NCBI GenBank assembly: GCA_029953675.1
Contig: JAMWBK010000004.1
Location: forward strand, 1,178,001-1,242,000
DNA length: 64,000 nucleotides
Source: Rhodosorus marinus CCMP1338
Lineage: Eukaryota > Plantae > Rhodophyta
Direction: 5' to 3'
Shown here piece after piece: positions 34,509 to 48,280 of the stretch (its first letter is position 1; each line of letters begins with the position of its first letter). A program made the position numbers and the translations under genes. A model generated the notes under the pieces. That model saw only the letters and a list, made by a program, of their open reading frames with translations, was not told the DNA's origin and did no database searches.

Positions 34509-35159
34509 CTAGTAAAGATGTATTGAGGGTCTTGGATAATTCACGTGGAGACTGACTACCTTCTTGTCAACGGATACTTGCGTATTCTCTTCGCCTTCCA
34601 ATCCTCGGCCTGACGAGCTACGCTTATCTTGGTTCGTGCCAGATGGTTTTTTTTGTTGACGCTTCACAACGCGTGGCTGAACCAGCAGGTTGGTATTGCC
34701 CATTGAAACAGCGGAGATCATCTTCGTAGCTTCCTGTACCCCAAACCTGTACCCATCTTCGAAGGCTAGTCTACAGTCGCGCTCTACAAACTCTGCGAGC
34801 TTTCGAAGGATCCTGTTCCAGCCATTCATTGTGGAAAGCTTTGGTCACGTCGATAAGTCGGGTTTAGAGTGGTTGCGGAAATGTTTTGCTGAGCATCCTA
34901 CTGAATATTTGGCGCTCTTGAGGCGTTTAAGTGTCTCCCTTTGGCGATATTCCAGCGACATGCTTTCCGAGGCGCGCCATCGGCGCCTGGGGTTGCATAC
35001 TTCCCTCCCTAGTTATTAGTTCATCTTCACGCCTTGCGTAGCGCTTCAGGCTATGCTAGTAAAGTCCAGTAAAGTCCAGTTTAAGTTAGTTAAAAAGACT
35101 CCAGATCGGTGTAAGATGCTACATGCCAGTGGAAACAGTGTCCGGACATGGATTGCGTT
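34509..35159 (-). pseudogene. Unknown ORF split by a family B insertion
   Basis: Deleting 34817-35074 joins ...HRSGVFLTNLN to WNRILRKLAEFVERDC... in one frame. No start codon was identified. Confidence 0.45.
34822..35074 (+). mobile_element. 5'-truncated family B copy
   Basis: Identical to the B 3' end with two tail units. 5-bp tccag repeat at 34817-34821 and 35075-35079. Confidence 0.92.
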
Positions 35160-35531
35160 TTAGCGAACCGTACCACGGCATAGTCGTCGTTTCAAATCCA
35201 CTTGCACTAGTGCTTATGCGTCCGCTTTGCGCTCTAGACGTTCCGTGCTACTGGGAGGAAAGCTTTGTTGCGACTTGATCAAGTCAGCCAAACCCTTCAA
35301 CGGAGAAAGGCACAATTGGAAGTCATTCTGTTCTCCGATGGCGATCACGATATCTAGCTGGCTTCTCTGCTTCAACTGTGTACTAATTTTCTTCCAGGTG
35401 ACCCAATTATTTCCCATCCTTTCTTTAGAGTTTCAAAATACTCCCGTATATCCCCACCAGCTCAAAGGACTACTTTCTGCTTCGTTTTCTTCTTTCTTCT
35501 TGCAGTCTCACAAACTTCCCTATTGATACGC

Positions 35532-35548
35532 TAACCATTCATTCATTC
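35532..35548 (+). mobile_element. 17-bp tail-only family A micro-insertion
   Basis: taaccattcattcattc flanked by a 10-bp TSD attgatacgc (35522-35531, 35549-35558). Confidence 0.78.
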
Positions 35549-35719
35549 ATTGATACGCGCCACCCTGCTCCTGAACCCTCGAAAACGGGTTCACCGTCCT
35601 GTTCCCCAATAAAAATGTGGCAAGGCCATTAAAATTTACACCCGAACCCATCCAAATGCTAAACGGACGAAGTGGAATCGTCTATTCCTGTATCCCCGAC
35701 TAATTCGGCTCTGGCTCAT

Positions 35720-36728
35720 CGCCTGGTACCACTGGTCATTGAGTGCTTTGGGTTTATGGACTCCCTTGGTTCTCGTTGGCTTTCGGGAGTTGTTCCGCGA
35801 ACGCCGTGACCGTCGCTAATCGCTGTTTACCCGTCTAAGTTTCTTGCTGCGATTACATGCCCTGTGGCAAGCGCCCATCTGACGGCTGCCGCCCGCCGCC
35901 GGGGAGCAGCTGCTTCGGCCCTTCGCCGCGTGAAGGAACGACGGTATACTGAGAGTATGGCCAGCCCGCCTTGAGCTGAGGGTCGCTCCCACCGGTTCCA
36001 GCCTTTCATTGTGGGAAGCTTTGGTCAGGTGGAGAAGTCGGGTTTGGAGTGGTTGCGGAAATGTTTCACTGAGCATCCTGTTGAATACTTAGAACTTTTG
36101 CGGCGCTTAAGTGTCTCTCTGTGGCGATATTCGAGCAGCATGCTTGCCGAGCCGCGCCATCGGCGCCTGGGTTTGCACGCTTCCCTACCTAGTTCTTAGC
36201 TCCTTTTCACGGTTTGCGTAGCGCTGTAGGCTATGCTAATAAAGCCAGTTTCTTGCTGTGGTGTATGAACGCTGCATTGATGTCGCGATCTTCGCCGAGC
36301 TTAGTCCTTTTTTCCCCTCGGGGTTTTTTCCGTTAGTCTCCGCTTGAACAAATTCGTTCGATTCCCCAACCAAGTCGGTGGGGATAACGACCCTCTTTTT
36401 GCACATTTCCCCACCTAGGGGTAAGCAGTATCGAAAAACTCTTCCCATTTGATCCAGCCCTACTGACCGTCCTTTTCATTCACTGACCGTCTGTCCAAAC
36501 GTTTTTTTCCCGCTTAAGTTTCTCGCTGCGGCGTATGAACGCTGCTTTGATGTTGGAGGGGCGCGATCTTCGCCGCGCTTAGTCCCTTTTCTTTCCCTCC
36601 GGGCTTTTTCTTCAGTCTCCGATTAAACCAATTCATTCACTCACAGTGTGAGTGGACTATCCAAAAGTTTTGGTGCAACCTATTGTTCCGTCTGCGTAGC
36701 TGTTCAGGCTATGCTAGTAAATCCATCC
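35720..36728 (+). mobile_element. Pile-up of short A-like and B-like 3' fragments
   Basis: A-like pieces at ~35720-35850, 36240-36360 and 36500-36640. B-like pieces at ~35860-36245 and a ~35-nt stub at 36693-36728. Confidence 0.75.
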
Positions 36729-36776
36729 ATTTATTCGACTTGCAAACCACCACCATTTATTCGGAAACGTACACAA

Positions 36777-38186
36777 CTAGGTTTGTATAATCCCAACAAT
36801 TCCACCATACAGTCCCAATATAAGGGCTGTAAGTCCTAACATGAATATTACCCCGCTAAGTACAGTGAAAAGGTGCTTCTTTCCCTTTCTCTCTTTGCCA
36901 AACGCATAAATATCAATACCCGCAGGCCAAAGCATCATGGTCTGAGAGGCAATCAGAGAAGAAATAAGAGCCAGATAGATTTCGAAAGATGGAATAGCAA
37001 TATTCAAAAGGGTTTCTAACACAACAACAATGAGGGCCCATAAGAACCACCACAGGAACGCTGCAGGTTTCAAGCTCGTCAGTTTTGCAACCTTATATGG
37101 AGCATTGTCGTTCCCCAGAAAAAGCCGTTTAACAAACGGTTCAGCAGCCCTCTGGATCCCATATATCAGTATTTGACCCTTAATTACAATCGCAATCGAT
37201 ACATGTATGACAACGCAAACATTGGCTACGATCGCAGCAGCCCCTGGCTGAAGCGAGTTCGTGTATGGAGACACCAGCCACGTCGCATCTCCCGCAAGCC
37301 CGTACACTGCAGAACCAGTAGTCGCGTAGAACAGATACGCAAAGGTCTGAGAAATGACTAACGAGTATGGAAAATTCTTAACCAACTTCATCGCACTCAT
37401 TATCTCGAGGAATACGACCGCACCGGCAAAAGCGTATAGAATGTCCATTGCGGCGATTACGCAATCCGACGTTCCGTAGTACGAAAACAAGACTCGCTGC
37501 CCGACCGGATACGCCACTGGATCCTTCACCATGCTCGCAATCACGAAGAACGAAATTCCAATTGGAAGAATGATAGTCACAATGGCAATGATGGAAGTGA
37601 ACGCCATTGCCTTGAAGCTCCTGAGCTGCAGAACAACGAGAGAGACAAATCCAGCGATGATCATCCACTGCGTGAGTGATACAGCGGATCCGCTGAAAAG
37701 TGCACTCCATGCTTGAGCCTGCGTGTAGCTGAACGCGGCGGTGTACAAGAATAGGAGCGGGTACGTGTTGAATCGGGCAAATACCAACCCCTTCTTTCCA
37801 AAGGCACTGAAAAACAATTGCGGGTACGAATGCCCTGATTTGTACTTCTGGTGTCGCAAGCGCCAAAGAAGGAGACCGGCACACAGCGAGAGCCCCCAGC
37901 ACAGCAAAAGCGTAAGATGTCCTGGTATCCATCCAAGCGTCGCGAACGTGTTTGGAATGGTCAGCACTCCCGTACCAACCACATCTACGACAAGCAGAAA
38001 CATTGCAAGGGCAACGCTTAGATTTTCGCAGGTCTCATCTACGGTGCCTCCACTCTCGATGTCTTTGGTGTGCTCCACCGCTTCTTTCAACTCATCGAGC
38101 GACTCATCGGGAACGCCGGCCTCGTCCACAAGGAAGGTGCTCTGCACAGCACACTCATCCGCGAGCTTAGATTCAACTGATGACAT
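36777..38186 (-). CDS. Amino-acid permease (AAAP/Aa_trans family), copy 4, most diverged
   Basis: Co-linear with copies 2 and 3. The ATG at 38186 (MSSVES) corresponds to the MAS start. The track start at 38204 is a GTG. Confidence 0.92.
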   Translation of the reverse strand: MSSVESKLADECAVQSTFLVDEAGVPDESLDELKEAVEHTKDIESGGTVDETCENLSVALAMFLLVVDVVGTGVLTIPNTFATLGWIPGHLTLLLCWGLSLCAGLLLWRLRHQKYKSGHSYPQLFFSAFGKKGLVFARFNTYPLLFLYTAAFSYTQAQAWSALFSGSAVSLTQWMIIAGFVSLVVLQLRSFKAMAFTSIIAIVTIILPIGISFFVIASMVKDPVAYPVGQRVLFSYYGTSDCVIAAMDILYAFAGAVVFLEIMSAMKLVKNFPYSLVISQTFAYLFYATTGSAVYGLAGDATWLVSPYTNSLQPGAAAIVANVCVVIHVSIAIVIKGQILIYGIQRAAEPFVKRLFLGNDNAPYKVAKLTSLKPAAFLWWFLWALIVVVLETLLNIAIPSFEIYLALISSLIASQTMMLWPAGIDIYAFGKERKGKKHLFTVLSGVIFMLGLTALILGLYGGIVGIIQT

Positions 38187-39719
38187 TGCACTATTTTCAT
38201 TCACAATCCTCCTCAGCTACTGACGCCATCTTAGATAGCAGGCCAGGCTTCAACGCTAATCGGGAGTGCCTATAAATCCCCTCTGCGAGAACTTCGCTTA
38301 GCATGTTTCTTGCCTAATTTGCTGCGGCGCCTCTTCGAATAACCCGTTCTCGTTTGTTGATCCCAGTTACCGCAAGTCAGGCCTGAAAATTCTCGAAATA
38401 GAACCAAAATACTCACCGCGCACTTGGAAAAGACCCGAGAAGAAAGATCAGCCCCATCGCTTGTACTCGCCTCCTCGCGCTAAAGACGTTGATGCCCAGC
38501 GAAGCTATAGTTGAATGAATGGTTATAGTTAGGGTTGTCATAAAACCGTCCGATTAAAGGCTCCCGGATGCGTCCTATTAAAACAAAGAAAACATAACCT
38601 GGAATGAATTAGGGCAGTCATAAAACGTCCGATAAATTTTATCAGACAACTACGGGAAGTTCATCTATATGTAATAAACAAAAACATTTCGTGCGTAATT
38701 CATAAAACTATTTCAAAAAATGTCTGGTATTGTCTTTTATATAACAGTTCTCCCGTGATTTGCCCTAGAGGGCACCTGAATTCTGTTAGTTCGAGTTCCA
38801 TGTTAAATCTACTAACAGCCGTACTAGGTGTCTTATTGGACGTCACGAGCCTAGCAAGACGCAACCAATCGATAGAGTCTGAAGGAGGCTTAGCAGGCAG
38901 TTGCTGCGGAGCTCTGACAGGGGTCCAACAAGTGTTTTTTTTTTCTTCAATTTCTTCACCAAGCAGTAAAGCTAGTGCAGGAACCTCTGCAATCTTGAAC
39001 TTCAAAACTCGAATACTCATCTAAAACACACCCCCATCTTGGGTTGAACCGCTTAAACTACAGAGTAAATAATGGTGGAAGTTCCGGTTCCATTTAGGAA
39101 TTCCAACAGATCATATCCACCGACATGTGCAACTCGATGTTGGGGTCACCACGTGAGCAGGATTTAGCAGGACTGTACACGTCTCGTGCTGTGCGAAAGC
39201 CCTAAAATCTGATTGAGAGTTCGCTATGGGATATCACTGATATCCCATGAACGTAGCTGATAATATCAGCTACATTGAGCGCACAGTCCGTGGTTGACAC
39301 TAAGTTTGAAGATCTACTGATTCTGTTTACAGAAAAAGCCTGGATTTGCAAAGAGTCCAATCGAAATACTTCGGCAAGCCATACATCCAATCATAATCTA
39401 AGATTTACGTTTCTCACGAACATCTAGGTATATATATATACTAAACATTACCCAATCTATATCTCTGACGTGTTTTATTGGATCACAAACTGTCAGCTTC
39501 TTCAAAAAACAAATTAGCAAGCTCTGAGGTCAAGCAAAATAGAAAATTACCCTGAAATGGTATTTTCGAGCAGTATGCTCAATAGGAGCGTCCATTTCGT
39601 TTTTCACAAGTTTTGGTCACGGAGCTTAAAATATAACTTGGCAAACAAGAGCATGCAAATTGGACATTTTGCCTTGCTGGATTTAGCTGCGGTCGCGGAT
39701 GGGCTGCGGCAGCTCAAGT

Positions 39720-40190
39720 TGATAAATCAATAAGCCGAAAATTGGGAATAAATTTGACGACAACTGAAATATACTGTGACAATCAATCATCTCTGAAGTG
39801 GTTCGTTGGTAGTGGAACGTCCTTCCCCGAACACGCGGAGAGAGCATGCAGATATGTCCGAGGCACGAGGAACTGGGAAATGGTACATCTACGTCCATGT
39901 CGTTGGACTAACAATGTTTTTGAGGTTTTCAAAAAAGCGATATCGAGACCAGCACTGCAACGACATTGAAAAGGCTTGGGAGTTGCACAACGAGGCCTAT
40001 AGATGATGGGATGCGGTGTGTGTCAGCACAGGGTACGGTCTTGTCTGATGCAAGTATCGGATACTGTCTGACACGTAGTCAATATAGGAGATAGTACACG
40101 ATAAGACTGTCATATCAGTTGATACCCCAGCGCAAGATGCGACGCGTGTGGATACCATGACTGATAGCAGTACGTATGCACACTATGAAT
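39720..40190 (+). mobile_element. Decayed Ty1/copia RNase H C-terminus and possible start of the 3' LTR
   Basis: LGINLTTTEIYCDNQSSL...RYVR...TNNV..VFKKA.SRPAL...LG resembles the copia IYCDNQSA...RYHFVR...AD.FTK.L motif set. A purine-rich stretch followed by TG occurs near 40005-40020. Confidence 0.7.
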
Positions 40191-40557
40191 GAGTCAACGT
40201 GTTCATTCGGAGACTGGAAACAAAAAATGAGAGGGGAAAAAGACTATTGAAGGCGAATGTCACGCGCCACCAATATCAAAGCAGTTTCCATACACCACAA
40301 AGGCAACTCAAAGGTGCAAACAGCGAGGAGATGCCGGTCGGGCTCGCACACTGAGCGCTTCATGAATATGAGAGTGGAATAAGAAGTCTATAAATACCAA
40401 GCCAGGTGGTCTATTTTGGGGGGAGCCTCCAAGAAAACTAAGTCCTAATGTATGTACGTGGCTTTATTGTTTGCTCACGCACTGTCAGCGTCTTCTAAAA
40501 TCCAAAGAGGAAATCCTAACTGTACGCATCACCGAATTGGTTTTTCTTTTTACTCTG

Positions 40558-40583
40558 GACTTTACTAGCATAGCCTGAAGCGC
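40558..40583 (-). mobile_element. 26-bp family B micro-insertion
   Basis: gactttactagcatagcctgaagcgc flanked by tactctg (40551-40557, 40584-40590). Confidence 0.8.
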
Positions 40584-41119
40584 TACTCTGCAACGGGATT
40601 CGCTTCAAGATCGCATTAAAGACGCCTTCTCATACGAATAAAAAAAAAAAGAAGCAAAATCTTGATGTTTCGAACGACGATATACATGGACGAACATTCA
40701 TGGACAAAGAGCACTGTAACGAGTAGATAAGGAGCGCCTTTCTTGAAGATGTAGGAAGTTAGTAAAACCAACACCGGGGGGGGGCAGACTAGCCGCTAAT
40801 TTCTCGGCAAAGGTATCCTAACTATAACAGCCAGTAGTTGATCCTTTATGTCCATGAGTGATCCAAACCCTTCACGAAGATATGGATAGTGCGAGAAGTA
40901 AGCTCAGGACAAGAACACTGCGGGGCAAAAGAGCGGCGACTGCGTGTTATTGTTCGGGATCTTGAGCATTCCATAAAGAATTCTCAATTTTACCGCTGTC
41001 ACGGGCTATCACAACCTGGATTAAGGATACCACCACGTCTGGTTTGTCGGAGGCGGGAATACCTATGCCCAAGTCCGAACTTGGCCCAGCGGTAAAGTAG
41101 CGCGGCCTTAGCTGGTTTT

Positions 41120-41990
41120 TGCTAGCATAGCCTGAAGCGCAAGGCGTGGACTGTAACTAAGAAGTCGGGAGAGAAACATGCAAACCCAAGCGCGGATGGC
41201 GCGCCTCGGCAAGCGTGCTTCTAGAATATCGCGACAGGGCGACACTGAAATTCCATAAGATGCTCAGCAAAACATTTCCGCAACCACTCCAAATCCGACT
41301 TATCCACGTGGCCAAAGGTTTCCACAGCGAAAGGCTGAAACCTGTGAGAACGACCATCAGCGCAAGGCAGACTGGCCATACTCTCAGCATACCGTCGTTC
41401 TTTCACTCGGCGAAGGGCCGAAGCGGCTGCTCCTCGGCGAAGGGCCGAAGCGGCTGCTCCTCGGCGACGGGCGGCCGAGCTGAGATGAGGGCTGCACAGG
41501 CATGTGGTCGCGAGGTCCACATATGCTGAGCGTCTGGCGGCAGTATCGGAGACGAGGAGATCTGCGATGCAGCGAGGCGGTGCCGTGTCCGAGACCGATC
41601 TGGGCAGTTCCGATCCCACCTCAACCGTATGCCCTACCCGAGTCAAAGATTCCCTGAGAATGTACTTGAGGCGAGTGTGAGGCGTCGTACGAGGACCTCT
41701 CAACAGTCCGCATGAACCTAAGAAGTGGTAGCCACACGCGTCAATCCGACTCTCACATCCGTGACCGAAAAACGGCCGATTAGAGTGCCACGGAGCTTGT
41801 GGCAAACCCAGGTAGATCTTTGCGGTGGTGCGGAGCTGGAAGGCGTCGAGACGGTGTCCCAGTGACGAAGGCAAAGTGGTTAACTACATCTGCGATAGAT
41901 GGCCTCCCAGGCCGCGGAGGCGAGCGGCAGTGGTAGGCGGTGTGAAGGGAGAGTTGAGCAAGATTGCGTGAGCTGCACTGTGTTGGCCTC
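41120..41990 (-). mobile_element. Older B-like copy with an internal 27-bp duplication
   Basis: ORF 41221-41874 aligns with B (GCESRIDACGYHFLGSC, CIADLLVSD). RRGAAASAL occurs twice. Confidence 0.88.
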
Positions 41991-42329
41991 TTCTATGGCC
42001 TTAGCTCGCACGCTTTTAGTTCCCGTTCCTAGTTTACGAGCTCGTACCGAAGCCTTTTCATCACAGGCATAAAACAACAGATGTGCATGGTCGATGCCAG
42101 GAATCCGATCGGGAATTCCATAAAGCAACTCGATCGCCGTTTCCCGGTACTGGCAGTTAGTTCTTAATACGCATGCTGCATTCGCCTGAGGTATAGACTG
42201 GTCCCATCTCCGAACCATTCCCTGCTATAAGTCACAGCAGTATCTCGTGAAATCTGCAATTCCCCCTAAGATTAGGCATGGGTTCCAATACTGAAGTTTA
42301 TTCTGGACCGTATCTTTCGTACCGTATTC

Positions 42330-43362
42330 CCTATTTCCGTTGGTTCTCGTTGGCTTCGGCAACGACGAGAGATGGCCCTGACCATCTGTCGTCATTGTTT
42401 ACCCGTTTAAGTGATTTGCTGTGGCGTATGAACGCTGCTTTGATGTTGGAGACGCGCGATCTTCGCCGCGCTTAGTCTAGTTTTTACCCCTCGGGGTTTT
42501 GGTGCATATGGCCGACTCCTCGCGCAGATGGTCTCATCTTCCCGCGCTCGCGCCCGCCTACGTAGTCTTGGAGGGGTTATTAGCTCTCAGTGGCTCATGA
42601 CCGTACCAGCCTTTCCGCCACTCACACTGTCGGATTTCGAAGTGCGTACTTCCCTGCGCTTATACCTCGGCTTACATCAGCCCCCTTGGCCGTACGAGAT
42701 GGGTTCGTCGTGCCCTCTCTGCTCTCAGACTGAAGACAACGCAGATTTTGGCGCCCACCTGCTCGCTAGTTGCCCGGCGGTGAAACGTGCTCGAACCCGC
42801 CGCCATACACGGATCTTGAACCTGTTATACCGGGAACTTCGGCCTATAGTCCGGCAAGCCGGTCTGGAAATCGAACGTGAGAAACCTTTACCCGTCGCGG
42901 ACTTTCAAAATGATGAACGCCGTGTAGCCGACCTGGTGATCACCTGTGACGACAGCCGCCGTACCACATACGTTGATCTTGCTGTTCCTAACCCTCAAGC
43001 TAGTCGTTATCTCCCGGCTGCGGGGGAGCGCCGTGGATCTGCCGCCGCCAGCATGAGACGCCGCAAAGAGATCAAATACGCGGGGGCTTTGTCTTCCCCT
43101 GGTGTCCGTGCTTCGGCACTAGCACATCGCTTGGTACCCCTGATCATTGAGTGCTTTGGGTTCATGGACTCTGTTGGTTCTCGCTGGCTTCGGGAGTTGT
43201 TCCGCGAACGCCCTGACCGTCTTCAATCGTTGTTTACCCGCTTAAGTTTCCTGCTGTGGCGCATGAATGCCGCTTTGATGTTGGAGGCGCGAGTACTTCG
43301 CCGCGCTTAGTCTTTTTTTCCCCTCGGGGTTTTTTTTTTAGCCTCCGATTAAACCATTCGTT
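42330..43362 (+). mobile_element. Young 5'-truncated family A copy (42503-43362) directly behind an older A-like 3' fragment (~42330-42500)
   Basis: ORF 42528-43310 differs from A ORF2 at only a few residues. Tail ccattcgttc. Confidence 0.92.
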
Positions 43363-43384
43363 CGAGGTATGGAAAACAAAACAA

Positions 43385-43466
43385 ACCAAGAGTGGGATTC
43401 GAACCCACATCCTTAGAGGTTGGATGCCTCAGCCCTCGCCGCCTTTGCCCAGTACTCCAGATACCG
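43385..43466 (-). other. tRNA-like remnant: intact T-arm, degenerate remainder
   Basis: GTGGG-TTCGAAT-CCCAC at 43392-43408 followed by T runs, plus an A-box-like TGGAGTACTGG. Acceptor and anticodon stems do not pair well. Confidence 0.3.
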
Positions 43467-44094
43467 AGGATCAAAAGCGACGAGATTTCCCTCAAAACTG
43501 ATTTTTCCCTTAGATATATGAGGATCAGGGACAGATTTGTGTAAATATTCTAAAATAGTGTACGAAACTTCAATCCAATCAACAATTTTGGAAGAACTAT
43601 GATACAAACACTAAATTATAGATTTCTACGACAAAGCAATGAAATCCAAAACTGCATTGTGCTGATGGATTTAGCGCAGCGAAATTTATGAGGGGTTCTA
43701 AATACTAGTTCCATTCTCGAAATATCCTTTACAAAACTTATTTATTTGACGAAATGACAATTAACGGAAGAGGAGCAAAGGGTAATGGTCTGCATCGGTT
43801 CAGTGGTCTTGATGTGGATCTAACCAGAATCCTGCGGATTGAGATTAGGAGCGATGCCAATCTTTAACGACTGAAGGCAAGCGGGCTATAGGTGGAGTAT
43901 TAGGGGGCCCGGGAAGGGCGAAGGTGTGTCACGTACGGAGGCAGTGAAAGAGCTGAGGGCGTCCGGGGGTTGTGTGAAGTGAGAAGAGGGCAGGACCGGA
44001 GAAGGTGTGTCATTTATTCCGAGGCTGTAAACGCGGCTTTTGATCTTAGGAAACAGTTTAGTGTGATTTCAGGTACCTCGGTGATTGTACAAGG

Positions 44095-46153
<2,059 letters not shown>

Positions 46154-47027
46154 GGATATACCTTCCAAACGCGTGAATTTCCCTTTCAAAGAACTCTTCG
46201 ATGAGAGGATGTTTTGTTTCGTGAATTCAGCTACCACTAGCTAAACGTGGAATTGGAAGACATGCTCAGAAGCACCCTCCTGTAGTTGCTGAATGAATGT
46301 CTTCATTCGGAGAAAAAAGCCGAGGGGAAAACAAATGACCACTCATTTGCGTAAGTCAGGCGCCTTCAGCATCAAGGCAGCGTTTATACGCCACAACAGG
46401 AAAAAAAAAAAGTGGTTTTTTGTCGCCAACCGCTTTCAATGAGGACAAGCCTCGTATTCTGCGCTCGTTTGGCCACGATTCCGAGGAGAACGCAATTTCA
46501 CTATATCATTCCATTTCCAGCATGGCGTTCTACTCACAATGCTTTACAGCCGATTCCCATTTTACTATTGCACGAAAGTCACGCCCCCGTTAGAATCTGG
46601 TCAGGTTACCCTTTTTAGCCTCGTGGTATATTTTCGAATGCTACCCCTCGAGATGGAACGGCCCCCCCGCGCTGGCTCGAAACTACCTGCTCAGTGGTAC
46701 TTGGTTACTAGGTTAGCCCACCAGAATGCCCGTTATTCCCTCCACGCCCGATAAAATCGATTCCAGTGGCGTTGCTGAACTACCGCCGTTCTGAGAACAA
46801 TGTACGTTTGCCACCACTTTGTGTTACGCCTAGTTGAGGCGGTAGTACCCAAGGTCCAGTGTAGCGCCCATTCAGCGACGGGCGGTTGGCAGGTTCGGAA
46901 GTTGATTTATGCAGAATTTGTGCTGCATATGAGTAACGAACTTGAATTCGGAACATTGTTCAGATTTGCCGGGGCCTGGCCACAGTCTTGCACAATCTTA
47001 ACCTTGTATTGGTCGACGCTGGGTGAA

Positions 47028-48280
47028 TTAGGTTTCTGGATGGTGAGCGCACCCTCCAAAGTAAAATTCTGCGATTGCACATCTTATGTTTGAACAGGGG
47101 ACAACAGGCCCAGTCATTCCACTGCCCCGGTACTGCTCATCGGTGAAGCGACGGTTCAGTATTGGGGAAGCTTCGAACGACGCTTCCACAGTCTCGTTAC
47201 TCTCGTTCTCAAATTCAAGATCGGACCTAAACAACCAAATCCCTTTGTCTGCTCCGCCTCTTATCAGCAAGCGCGACTTTGGAAATCTGGACCTCGGATG
47301 TCCGCCACAGTATCGAAGCGTGATTTGTCGTCGCGGTGCGAGCTCCAGAGCTCGGGCATCTCCCGGATCGTGAGGGGGAAGCAAGTCCCGAGTAATCTCG
47401 TCCCCCGTCACCGCTTTTTGTATGCAGGTCTTTTGCAACGGCGAGGTTACCTTGACATCAATTATGTAGAGCTTCCTGGTCCGGGGTGTCAAGCTAGGAT
47501 GTCGGGGTGGAGGTGGCCCGCTGGGTAGTGCCCGGTCGGATCGAGGGTCACGTCTAGGCGCCATTGTCTGAGCTGCGTGGCCAATTCATCCAGTACCATA
47601 TTGTGTCGGAGTTCCGAGCTCCCTGTAGAATTAGTGCAGTGGTGAAGGCGTTGGAAACCTGAACGCCATCGGGGTGTGAACATTATAGTACCAGTACTAA
47701 GTATTCGTACATCTGGCAGTGGCAATTCAAGCAGTTCTCTCCGGCTTCGGCTTAGTTCGTCTGCGCTCAGACCTCGCGAGTGTCTCGTCGGTTAGTTCCG
47801 CAGGCAGGGAACGCCTCCGGATCCATTGGATGACCAAAGAGGCGCTTGTACGGTCTCAGTCATCAGCGGGTTGTTCCGCTGTCCACGCCATGCGTGAAAA
47901 TGATAATATTCGGGCACTGTTTTCCATAGAATGTAGTCTTCTCGCCCGCTCTGGGGTCTCCTTAGCCTGGCCTATGTTGCTTTTCTTGCGCATCCCTAGC
48001 ACTACATTCGGTAGTTGGAAGAAGCGGTACAAGTTCCTCGAGCGACGGTCGTGTGGCCTCCCGTTGGAAAGGAGTTTTTGTGTTGAACCGATCATGGATC
48101 TGTCGGATGGTGACCGCGGGTTCCCATCTTGTTGTTTACAAGCAAGCACTTTTAGCGTTCTGGGGATCCATCGTTTGAATCGGAGGCTAAAGTCCCCGAA
48201 CGAGGACTGTAGGAAGGGCGTAAAGAGCGCGCCTCGAAAACTAGGGCAGCATTACAGCGCCAAAGAGTCAGACTCAAAGT
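47028..48280 (-). mobile_element. Heavily decayed RLE retrotransposon 3' region, a family distinct from A and B
   Basis: RHNMVLDELA, HPDIL and YIIDVKVTSP in broken frames fit the RH / PD / DxK endonuclease pattern. Confidence 0.6.

Noticed and set aside
38700-39020. Short ATG ORFs (also 18397-18744, 17547-17931, 40889-41095) as genes
   Set aside because: No recognisable motifs or splice support; they may be decayed fragments.
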